From Octopus sinensis (taxonomy: Eukaryota), in assembly GCF_006345805.1 (NCBI RefSeq), contig NC_042998.1, positions 66,216,001-66,280,000 of the forward strand: a stretch of DNA of 64,000 bases. The letters are read 5' to 3'. The position numbers and the translations under genes are program-made. Under the pieces are notes generated by a model that worked only from the letters and a program-made list of their open reading frames with translations, had not been told where the DNA came from and ran no database searches. Within the stretch, counting starts at the first letter, position 1. Each line of letters opens with the position of its first letter. Below are positions 1 through 10,510 of this stretch, piece after piece.

Positions 1-74
1 CGTATACCTGGAAAAATTAGTCTGCAGGTTGCACATATTTCTAATGAGGATACTGGAAAACCATTCTTTTACAG

Positions 75-77
<3 letters not shown>

Positions 78-158
<81 letters not shown>
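78..158. repeat. (TA)n microsatellite, representative of dozens in the window
   Basis: Direct reading. Similar TA/CA/TG tracts at about 2720-2790, 3093-3310, 11570-11720, 19187-19295, 23305-23580, 26750-27060, 32740-32917, 34620-35108, 53052-53252, 57750-58095 and 62800-62970. Confidence 0.98.
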
Positions 159-164
<6 letters not shown>

Positions 165-204
165 TTGTGCGGATGTGTGTGTGTGTGTAACAATATGTGA
201 ATCG

Positions 205-392
205 TTGGCGATTTTTTGCCCTGTCTCCCTTTTCTCTTGAACGTACCTCCATCTACTGTTTCTGACGAAGAACTTTCCTCAAAACGTAAAACAACCTTTC
301 TTTCCTTCATTGGGCGTCTGCAAATACTTTACATGTACGACGTACTTGCATTGTTACATTTTCTGTTGCTTGTTCTTAGTTTTGGGGATTAC
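205..392 (+). mobile_element. Short PLE-tail-like cassette (family A) with degenerate hammerhead at 257-293
   Basis: TGTTT-CTGACGA-A-GAACTTTCCTC-AAAACGTA-AAACA. Stem I is TGTTT/AAACA; stem II and G12 are mutated. The 3' part resembles 21225-21310 and 56331-56525, and it ends at (TA)n. Confidence 0.6.
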
Positions 393-1525
393 TATATATA
401 TTATATATATATAATATATATATATATATACCTGTCATGAAAAAGAAACGACGATTGCGCTATAGGCAGATAGGAGTAAAGCCAACAAGTCAGCCAACAA
501 AATTCTCTAACCAGACTGGTTAGATACAGTGAGTGTTTGTGAGTGTGTAGCTATGGATGTAAAAGTATACACCTGAGTAATATTTAAAAAATTCAGTTTA
601 ACCTTGCTGTAATATTATAAATATATTAGTCTTGAATTGGCGTAATTTTGAATTATTTCTTAAACATTCAGTATTTTGTGATAAAGCCTGTGAGTGCAAC
701 ATGTAATTTGAGTTACCAAAGATTTATTATATTCCCTCTGAAATTTTCATGGCTTTTACATATCCGAAATGCATATGATTATTGTAGTACTCCGTTTCAT
801 TTAAGAAAACATGTAGTTTTAACATGTCCCGATGGCATTTAATTCCAATACAATAGGTTCATAAAATACCGTAGGGTTTTCATTGCATTCATCTAGCAAC
901 TCAGTTGAATAATATGCCCTTTATCAAGATTAAATCAACTTCAAAATTGCCCTTTCAAGAAAAATGTCATTATATAATGTGAAAAGAAATTTTATTTAGA
1001 AGCACAGCATAAACAATGGCAAAATTATTTGGAATAAGGACATGGCGTCCATGAGTGACCTACAAAATGTTTGCACATATATTTACAACAAACCATGTTT
1101 ATGCATTAACCTTTAGTTAATGGAAATATTTCCCTATAAGGAAAGGGATGCAGAATGTCTTCCATTGTAGTGGTTGTCAATATTGCATGGATTTTGATAT
1201 ATGCAGCTCTTTGCCTCCATAAACTTTCCAACTTAATTTTAATTCTTTTCAAGCAGCATGATCTGTGCATGATCATTTTATAACATATGTAATAATATGG
1301 TATATTCTCACGTATTATATATCATTCAGGCACTTGTGATACGCTTGGCATTTAATCATTTTCAGGTGCAGAGCTTTTACTTTATCAATCTTTACGAACG
1401 AAGTTGATTTTCATAAAGGGTTCCGACATATTGAAGAAAACATAAAGTGCTTCCGTGTCAGGATACGCTAGCGTTATTCTACAATAAATATGTGAAAATA
1501 TGAGGAAAAAGCAAGAATAAACGTA

Positions 1526-1719
1526 CAGTTCTATATTTAAGAGATGAGGAATTATGTACATTATTTACAATAGTTACATTCGATGGGTATTTGTCCACAT
1601 CTTGTTTGTTGTTTATCGGCTAATATACCCTCCAGCCTTCACCGTGTGTCTTGGGGAAATTTCGAAACTGGGTTCTCGTTCCTAAAGTATTTTTCGCTGT
1701 TGTTTTTGTTGTTATTATC

Positions 1720-1750
<31 letters not shown>

Positions 1751-1825
1751 TTACTACCTGGACTCGAACTCGGAATCATGGGGTTAGTAGCCCGCGCTCT
1801 TAACCACTACACCATATGCCCGTGG
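1526..1825 (-). mobile_element. tRNA-headed SINE-like element with (AAT)n linker and hammerhead-bearing tail (copy 1)
   Basis: Minus strand reads A-box TGGTGTAGTGG, B-box GTTCGAGTCC, (AAT)n, then a tail ending ...AATTCCTCATCTCTTAAATATAGAACTG. Colinear with 20536-20796. Confidence 0.8.
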
Positions 1826-1827
1826 TG

Positions 1828-1970
1828 AAATACCTTAGGAATGAGAACTCAGGTTCGAAATTTCCCCAAGACACCTGATGAAGGCTGGAGGGTATATCAG
1901 CCGAAAAACTGTGTTACCAACAAACAAGATGAAGACAAATATCCATCAAATGTAAATGATGTAAATAATG
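1828..1970 (+). mobile_element. Inverted copy of the same element's 3' tail, abutting its 5' end
   Basis: Reverse complement of about 1556-1693, roughly 90% identical over the core by eye. Confidence 0.85.
1870..1915 (+). ncRNA. Type I hammerhead ribozyme motif, stem III mutated in this copy
   Basis: GACAC-CTGATGA-A-GGCTG-gagggtatat-CAGCC-GAAA-aact-GTGTT. Stem I is GACAC/GTGTT, stem II is GGCTG/CAGCC, and both core strands are present. Confidence 0.75.
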
Positions 1971-2529
1971 AAGAATATACATGTCTAAGTTCTTTGTACA
2001 ACCTAATAATATAATATATAAATGCATGATGACATCACAGAAATAGACCGAATCGAAATCTCTCGCTTGGCTGTCATTTGGAAAGATAAGACTCCAATCC
2101 AGTTGTGATAAATGATCGCCTTCTTCAGGATTTTTGAGACAAAATGTAACGACACATAAAATGTTCATCCAACGCAGCAGCACAATACAATTTTGAACAA
2201 ATTTCAGGTAAAGTACATCCCATATTAAAGTACTGGCTTCATATCTCGGTCGTTGTACATGGTACTGAAGATGCAAATCTGTACCACATTGCAAACATTC
2301 GGGTATCCAAATATGTTATGTTACTATTCTCCTCACGACTTTACAACTGCTACAACAAATCTTTGTGTACAATTTAAATGCAGTTATATAGAACGCACCT
2401 TTGTCTATATCAGTTCCGTAGAAAACGGTCATGGATACAACGCATATAATTCGTTTGTTTATAATGATATCAAAGGATCTCCATAGATATAAAGTAGCAA
2501 CACCTATATTATATTAAATATATTATTTC

Positions 2530-2720
2530 TAGCACCTGTGCCTATAGCACGTAAGAAGCACTACACTTTGGAGTGGTTAGCTTTTAGAAGGACATCTAGC
2601 AGTACAAACCAAACGAGATCAGATGCGAAATTGCTGCAGCTTCACAGCGTACCAGTTGTCCTTCATCCCACCCAGCCCATGCCAGCATAGGAAACGAACG
2701 TTAAATCATGATGATGACGA
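2530..2720 (+). mobile_element. SINE 3' part with RTE-like tail ending in (GAT)n
   Basis: Resembles 13385-13515 (GCACGTAA...ACACT...GTTAGGAAGAGCATCCAGCTGTAGAAA). Ends ACGTTAAATCATGATGATGAC. Confidence 0.55.
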
Positions 2721-2734
2721 TATATATATATATA

Positions 2735-2789
<55 letters not shown>

Positions 2790-2791
<2 letters not shown>

Positions 2792-3088
2792 AGTGAATTG
2801 AAGAAATGGAGTTGAACGAAGATTGAACAGAAATCGTTTTATTCTACACGTGTTTCGAAAGGCACAATTTACCAAATTCCGATTGAATAAGGAGACCATA
2901 TTGTGTATTTCTCTTCAAGAAGAAATAGGAAATCCGTTGGAAAAAACAAAAACAGAACAGAGGCGGAGCAAAACAAATCGAACGAGGCTCCTAAGAGCCA
3001 TGGCCAAACTCTGCTGTGATTTTTGCTACCAAGGTATTGGTTAAACTTTTGATTAATCTGCAACAAGATTATTCATCTTTCTATTTCA

Positions 3089-3093
<5 letters not shown>
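2790..3093 (-). mobile_element. About 300-bp PLE pseudo-LTR-like cassette between two (TA)n tracts
   Basis: Bounded by TA repeats on both sides and contains the HHR at 2838-2925. Confidence 0.55.
2838..2925 (-). ncRNA. Type I hammerhead ribozyme motif (U3 variant, extended stem II)
   Basis: Minus strand: TTTCTTC-TTGAAGA-GAAA..CACAAT...ATTGTG..TTTC-GAA-ACACGTGT-A-GAATAAA. Stem III is the palindrome ACACGTGT, the cleavage triplet is GUA, and stem I pairs 6 of 7. Confidence 0.7.
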
Positions 3094-3136
<43 letters not shown>

Positions 3137-3137
3137 G

Positions 3138-3186
<49 letters not shown>

Positions 3187-3204
3187 TATATATATTATAC
3201 ATAC

Positions 3205-3235
<31 letters not shown>

Positions 3236-3243
3236 ATATATAT

Positions 3244-3306
<63 letters not shown>

Positions 3307-3336
3307 TATAAGCATGTATACGAATAAATTAAATAT

Positions 3337-4432
3337 ATACGAAGTGGTATAAAGAACGTTCCGGATTAGGTATGTTTAATAAAAAAGAATACATCTTTAC
3401 ATACGTTTTAACATCATCTCTTTCAAAATAGTCACCTTGCCCTGCTTTCTACCCATATTCGAGATCCAGCTAGAAATTTGTTTTCCGTAAGTGGATCGAA
3501 AACCTTCTGTGAGTCGCTCTGAATTTCGACACGGTGTTAAAACAGCGAACTTTGAACTGCATTTTTATTTTGCTGAAGAGATGAAAGTCTCCAGGTGCTA
3601 AATCTAGCGAACCGAGTGGGTGTGGAAGCGATACCATGTTGTTTCTGGTGAGAAACTCACGAATGAGTAGATCCCAGTGACAGGGTTCATTTTCCTCTTG
3701 AAGAATCCAATTCTTCGCGCTCCAGAAATCCTGTCGCTTTTTGCCGAAGGTACTCCTTCAAACAATTGAAAACGTCACAGTAGAACTTTCGATTGAGGGT
3801 CTGTCCCTGGGGTGTGAATTTTTTATGCTCGATACTGCGTATATGGAAAAATATTTTTTTAAATGATGCGCATGCTCCACATTCAGCTGCGGCTCTGTCA
3901 TACCTTCTTTGGTCGTGATGACGGGTTCTTCCATTGTGATGACTACTGCTGCTTCTCAGAGCCGTACCCATAGACCCAACTCTCGTCACAGTTGACGATC
4001 CTCGACATGAAGGACGGGTCATCAGCAACACGCAAAAGGCGGCATTGACAGAGTTTAACGTGATAATTTTTTACTCATTGATCAGCAGGTGGGAAACGAA
4101 CTTGGCAGAGATGCGTCGCATCTTCAACTCAGACATTAGGATTGCCTATCCGGATCCATACGCCAAACCATCAATAGCAGAAACATCGCTGATTGTCCTC
4201 AAACGATCCTCCTGCAGAAGCTGATGAATTTTTTCCACGTTTCCGGGTGTGAAGTTCGTGGCAGATTTTCCAGTTTGATCATCATCTTCCAAAGACGCTC
4301 TACCACTTTTGAAGCGCCCCTACCACTTGAAAATTGCGTACGACACTTTGTCTCGTTACTGTAAACTGTCTCTGTAGCAGACTTCCCAAGTTTAACGCAA
4401 AGTTTCACGTTTGATTTTTATTCCAACTTCAT
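3337..4432 (-). mobile_element. Degenerate mariner (Tc1/mariner) transposon
   Basis: Pseudogenised transposase pieces: KLCVKLGKSATET, CDESWVYGY, F(T)PQGQTLNRKFYCDV. Mariner-like end TACGAAGTGGTATAAAGAACGTTCCGGA. Confidence 0.88.
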
Positions 4433-4865
4433 GTCCAGGACAATGTCCATACACTCAACCATAATTTATATTTCTTGCTTACATGTTTTCTCTTTGTATT
4501 CTTCCTCCTGACGAGAACAGCTCTCAGCTGCAGGTTGCTACCCAGCTTGATGGTAGAACAAGCATTTGTTTGCGTCACCTTTTCTAGACCTTTCTCAGAT
4601 TTCTGGGTGAGTAGGGCTTCCTTAGGGAGGGCTGTTCAGACGCTCTCGAACTCGCCAAAAGATGCTTTTGTTCTTTCAACAAAGCAGCGACGTTAGATGG
4701 GCTCTGAGCCGCCCGCGTGCAGATTTGTGACTATGCGCTCCCAGCCCGTTAAGCTTGCATATGTCACCAATTAAATAATAAGGTTAGAAATTCATGTTAA
4801 TCAATTAAAACCAGTGGCATAGCATATTTTAAAAAATCTGAAGATTAAAAATTGTAATACACACA

Positions 4866-4985
4866 AAATTTAGAGGAATGACCACTAAAGTGGACACCCT
4901 ATATGCTAAACATATAGGTAATGGCGATTTGACGACTATATTTAGCATATAGTGTATCCACTTTAGTTGTGATTCCTCTAAATTT
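4866..4985. repeat. Inverted repeat (about 50-bp arms, about 20-nt loop) at the end of a short interspersed element starting near 4755
   Basis: AAATTTAGAGGAATGACCACTAAAGTGGACACCCTATATGCTAAA versus TTTAGCATATAGTGTATCCACTTTAGTTGTGATTCCTCTAAATTT. A related sequence lies at 57245-57278. Confidence 0.85.
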
Positions 4986-5902
4986 GGTATATATATATAT
5001 ATATCCGCGCAATATATACACACACATTCAAGAATTGAATATGTATATATATATATATATAAATATAAATATAAATATAATATAAATATAAATATAAATA
5101 TGTGTATAGCCATGGATATGTATTTGTAAGCATGCGTCTCTGTGTATGTGTAACAGTGCGTATGTTTGTGCTTAAGCACACACATACACGACTGTATGTG
5201 TACGTATCCATTTGAACATGTTTTTTGTATACTTGTCTCTATATATATGTCAATAACGTGGTTACACAGCTTGTATACATAATTTGTGTTACTTCGTTTT
5301 TTCCCCACCCCTCTTTTTTCTTTTTCCTTCCCCCTTTTCGTTCCTTTTTCTCTCTCTTCCTTTCTTTCGTTTTTTTTTCTCTAACTGATACTGGTGCATA
5401 CAACTTTACGCCCCCCTCACTTACTTGTCTTAAGCTTTGCTCCGTAAATAAGGAACGCTACATTAACATCGATGATTTTAACTTGCGTGCGAGATAGATT
5501 GCGTATATATATGTATGCATGCATTTGTGTGTATATTTTAGATTTATATTTATACGTCTGTATATGTATGACGTTTGCACGCATCCTTCTGTGTATGTTG
5601 ATATATATATGTACACTTTAATATGAATATGTATTGCAGTGTAATAATTATAATGCATTTTAATTTCTATGTATTAATTATATTTCCTTCATTAACGTCA
5701 ATATGTATTTTATTCAATGCAAGGTTTTTCCTCGAATTTTATAATTTTTATACTTTTTTATATATACATATATATTTTTGAGCTCATTTTTTGTTTATCG
5801 CTCGAAGATTGACCGTTATTTCTAAAGGGCCAATCAAACAAGTCCATTTTTTTAAAGGCGTAGCGTTTGTAAGAGTCTGGATTGAATTGATATATCGGTT
5901 CC

Positions 5903-5965
5903 ATTCTAACAAAAACTGTCTGATGAACGGCAACGAGAAACTCACAGTAACAGATTTTGTTGAAT
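5903..5965 (+). ncRNA. Type I hammerhead ribozyme motif within a cassette (about 5780-5987) ending at (TA)n
   Basis: AACAAAA-A-CTGT / CTGATGA / A-CG-GCAA-CG-A / GAA-ACT-CAC-AGT-A / ACAG-A-TTTTGTT. Long stem I, GNRA-capped stem II and a GUA triplet. The 10.1-11.1 pair is an A.A mismatch. Confidence 0.8.
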
Positions 5966-5985
5966 TTTCTGCTGCTTTAAATAAA

Positions 5986-6024
<39 letters not shown>

Positions 6025-6119
6025 CAAGCGCCCAATATTACCCACAGTTTACTACACAATACACACAATAGACACATACATTCACAATCCAGCCAACTAT
6101 ATGCATATGTACATATAAT

Positions 6120-6282
6120 GATTGAATGGTCGTTGACTCTTAAGAGTTCTTCAGTCAGGTCGTTCACGCTGCAGGCACATTGTAACCTAGTACTAGCTGT
6201 CGCATGGTCGGGTCGACTTAACCAGCTCCCCCATACCAATTCCACTTGGGGAAGAGGATATGTAATGAACTCCCTGCAAGAC
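6120..6282. mobile_element. Rearranged fragment of the RTE-like element at 48483-49035
   Basis: 6133-6152 matches 48853-48872 in direct orientation. 6153-6277 matches about 48903-49035 as reverse complement. Confidence 0.65.
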
Positions 6283-6459
6283 TATATATATATATATATA
6301 TGTATAGTACTAAGGTCATACTGCTAGTGCATGTATATATGTGTATATATATGTGTACATATTACGTGTACATCTATTTATATACATCTACATGTAAAAT
6401 ACAAAGTGCCAAGTTATATCTTGATATCGCTAGTGATAACAATACTCAAAATATATAAC

Positions 6460-6775
6460 AGACTGGAACTGTTAGCCCGTCTCTTGTAATTTCAATCAAT
6501 TGTATCTTGTCCTCCTTCTTGTATAGAAGTGTGGCTACAATCCAGCCTACCAGTACTTCTGGGGAGGGGGCATTTTTGATTTTTATTCCGGGACGTCCTA
6601 CGTCCCAGATATAAAGGTAAAATTTAAATATTTCCATTTTGTAAGTTCGAGTCGAGTACTCCCTTGCACGCTCCGTTGACTCGAACCTTGCTTCTATTGT
6701 GGCGAATTTACCGCCTCTGATTAGATAACTTTCATAGTCGCACCAAGTCACTTTTCGAAGGTGCTTTCCTCCATG
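6460..6775 (-). pseudogene. Fragment of L1/Tx1-type ORF1 (RRM-like region)
   Basis: KFATIEARFESTERAREYST..LPLYLG..IKIKN...WIVATL aligns by eye to KFAHVQVVFQNEELAKKFST..TPSYLG..VIISG...WITSAL of ORF1 at 42471-42737. Confidence 0.6.
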
Positions 6776-7068
6776 TGTTCAAATCTTTTTCTCTACATTG
6801 TATACTTTATAGACAATAGTCTTTATCTTTAATTTAATTTTTTATTATCCATCTGGACTATTCCATTTCTGCACGCTAATTGTATTTTTAATTTATTCCC
6901 ATTCATGTGAAACCACTTATTCAAGTTCAAATCATTGATGCAATTTTTTACCAATTGCTCTTTTTACTTTTGTTATGTTACTTTAGTTTGATTTTAATTA
7001 TTACTTACTATATATAATTCAATTGTTATTATCATTTTTATTGTTAAAGTGAAAGAATCTGACATAAA

Positions 7069-7448
7069 CTAGAGAAACGTTGTTGTTTCACTTTTAACAC
7101 GTAATACTGAAATAGTGGAGAAGATATGATATTGCTATGGGCTCGCTCTAGGCAAGAAGTTGAACATTTTTTGCCCATGAAACTACATGGATCCTAGGTA
7201 AGGCATGTGTAAAATTTGAATGGAATTAGTTCAGTAGTTCTCAAGTTTTAGGGAATCGTAGTGGAGAAGATATGATATTGCTGTGGGCTCGCCCTAGGCA
7301 AAAAGTTCAAAATTTATTTGCAGATGACACTCCCATGACCCTAAGTAAGGCATGTCTAAAATTTGAATGAAATTGGTTGTGTAGTTCTCAAGTTTTAGGG
7401 AAACACACAGACAGACAGACACACATTCTCAGTTTTATATATATAAAG

Positions 7449-7449
<1 letters not shown>
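7069..7449 (-). mobile_element. Non-autonomous Helitron-like element with two internal tandem units of about 146 bp
   Basis: Minus strand starts A|TCTTTATATATATAAAA, has a (TCTG)n tract and ends CTAG|T. Units start at 7115 and 7261. Confidence 0.6.
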
Positions 7450-7480
<31 letters not shown>

Positions 7481-9831
7481 AACATATATATATATATATG
7501 CATATATTTATGCATGCGACTCTAGCCAATACTGCTTTCTCTCATCCTTTATCTAATTCCCTTTTCTCCTCCCTTCACCATTTTCTATCCGTCTCTCTCT
7601 CTCCCCTCTTTCTCTTTCTCTCTCTCTCTCTCGTTACTCACACCGGACCATAATCCAGCTTTCTCTTCCTCGCATGATCAGCTTTGTTTTTCTTTAACGA
7701 CTGTCGTAAGAACAACACGCATCCTATCTCTCTCGTATATCGTTTCTCTTCTCAAAGAGAATATTTCTCCAGTATTCGTTACTTTTACACTCGATCTGGT
7801 CCATATTTCTTTTCTTTCTGCTTCCTTATATCTTTCCACTGCCCTGATTTTGTTCTACAGTTTGACCCTCCATAAGTCCCAAATTTTATTTTGGCAAGTA
7901 TGGGAGCAAATGTCATGGAAGTCTCATATAGTAGCTCAATGCTCAAATGAAGGAGTAGATAGACAGCCGACAACTAATGAAGGGTCGTTCTTTACGCTAC
8001 TTGTCCTGTTTTCCATTTGTTTCTCTCGTTGATTGCGTATTAAAATCAGTTGCTTTCGTATTTCATGCTGTTTACTGTTTGGTGACGTCCTGTACCCATA
8101 TATGCATGTGTATATATGTGCGTGTGCGTATACATATATGCATATATGTTTATATATATATATATGTGCATATATATATATATATGGGTGTGTGTGTGTG
8201 TGTGTGTGCGTGTATATATATATATTATGCGCATGAGTATGTTTTTGTGTGTGAGTATATGAGTATGTGTATATGTGTACGAGTGTGTGGTGGTGGGTGA
8301 GTAAAAGTCAGTATTCTTTCTCGAGTGTACAAATTGGTATTAAGCATTCCTTAATACATTTCATTTAGTTATCCATGATATTAAGAAACGACCTTATACC
8401 TTTATACATGTTGAGATATGTTCATTCTGCGGAGTCTTGTGTTTACTTAATTTAATTAGAATAGTGTAGAAATTGTAGATATAAGCTTCCTATCTAAAAT
8501 CACTTAAACATTCTAGTTATCGTCGTATAATTCATAACATTTCACTTTATATTAATAAAATATTAATTAACGTAAAACGTAATTGTTGCTCTGTAACATC
8601 TGGAATTTATGCCAAAATCTTTTATCTTTTATGATTATTTAAATTAACGAATATTTAAATTTTCAATATTATTAAACTATAAACATTCCGACACATAACC
8701 TTTTGGTGCATTCTTTTTTTTGATAGTGAAGGGACATTCTTAATATAAACATTGTCTTTTATTCAATGAGGCAAAATTTATCACTTCTAAAAATCTACTT
8801 CACCAATATCGAGATGTTTAATCGATCGAATTCTATCTACATGTACATGTAAGGTGAAGAATAAATTATACCATAAATTTTACTGCTTCTTTGGGTGGCT
8901 GTAAATCCTTCACATGTTAGTTATTCAACTGAATACAGTTTGGTTTAACCTTTGATTTTGCAACCTATATTCTAAGGTCATACATACAGAGGTGATAGAA
9001 CACATTCTAAGCAATATTAACCAGACAGATCATAGAGACAGGTGGGCAAGTGTGTACATTGGTAATATGTCTCCTCACAACTATATAAATGACTTCTTTT
9101 ACGACACTAACAATTGTGACACGAAAATGTATCTTAAGCAAAGTGATCTCCATGTTGGAGCTTGTTAACAAGACTCTGGTTGTTGTTTTTTTTTTCTCTC
9201 CTCTCTTTCCGTTGGTAATGGCTGTGTGTACTTGTGTGTATGTGTATCTGTTTCTTATATATGGAAGACGTAGCCACGAACTGCTACGTTGTTTCCATCT
9301 CTCCTTCTACACTGTGCCCCGGGTTCAATCACCCCACTAATGTTGCTGATAATTTATATAATGATGAAGATATATATTGGGCATTTAACACCGTGAAGGG
9401 TGATTGTTCGTACTATACAATGACTGATCGATTACTGGTATTTATAGTAAACCCAAACTCAGAAATGAAGTAGTCAATACTAAGTGCATGACATTTTAGC
9501 ATTGACAAAATTAATAATTAATAACTAATTAGACTCAGAGTAAAAATGAGACAAGTTGATTTACGTGTATGTTGTCTTTAGTTTCTTTGGTCAGTATTAA
9601 TTAATGTTATATTAAATTATTTATATGATTATTGTACGTCTATAATTCATCATATCGCGAATCATACTAGATATATGCATCATAGAAGCATCCCGCATTT
9701 ATCTCACAGTCTGATTTATATTGTTAAATGATCGACCTTTCTATCAATAGCATTCGTACGTTATCTATCCCCTCCCTTTCGCGTTTATTGTTTGACTTTT
9801 ATTCTGTGTTTGTCTAATATTTCTAGCAGGT

Positions 9832-10510
9832 AAGGCGGCGAGCTGACAATCGTTAGCACGCCAGTCGAAAAGCTACGCGGTGTTTCGTCTGCTTTGGAGT
9901 TCTGACTTCAAAGGTCAACTTTGCCTTTCATCTTTCCGGGGTCGATTAAATAAGTACCAGTCATGCACTGGTATCGATGAAATCGACTTAATTCCTTTGT
10001 CTGTCCTCGCTTGACCCCTCTATAAAGAAATAATTATTCTATCTTATTAGTAGCGGGAAAAACTTGCATAGAAATTTGTCTAATATTTCTAGCAGGTAAG
10101 GCGGCGAGCTGGCAGAATTGTTAGCACGCCGGACGAAACGCTTAGCGGCATTTTGTCCGTCTTTACGTTCTGAGTCCAAATTCCACTGAGGAAGACTTTG
10201 CCTTTCATCCTTTCAGGAGTCGATAAATTAAGTACCAGTTGAGTATTGGGGTCGATATATTCGACCATTCTCCTCCACAAAATTTCAGGCTTTGTGCCTA
10301 GAGTGGAAAGAATCGTTGGCACACCGGGGAAAATAATTAGTGGCCTTTCGGCAGTCTTTAAATTCTGAGTTCAAACACTCACCTGATTTCGACTTTATCA
10401 TGGAACCTCGCATAGCCGATAAATTAAGTGCCATTTGATCACTGAGGTCTATGTAATCGACTTCACCTCTTCCCAAACTTGCAAGCCTGGTATCAAAATT
10501 TTAAACCAAG
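9832..10510 (+). mobile_element. Cluster of tRNA-derived SINEs with Nin-like central domain
   Basis: Head AAGGCGGCGAGCTGGCAGAAT(C/T)GTTAGCACGCC, B-box-like GAGTTCAAA and central TTTGCCTTTCATCCTTTC..GTCGATAAATTAAGTACCAG. Three units begin near 9832, 10098 and 10305. Confidence 0.8.

Noticed and set aside
1745-1822. Possible tRNA gene (also 20541-20612)
   Set aside because: A and B boxes are present but there is no convincing acceptor stem or cloverleaf, and each is followed by the same tail. These are SINE heads.
1985-2320. ORF 1914-2294, or a mariner 3' remnant
   Set aside because: Only vague similarity; no catalytic motif could be read with confidence.
7115-7400. CRISPR-like or satellite array
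   Set aside because: Only two 146-bp units without spacers, inside a Helitron-like element in eukaryotic DNA.
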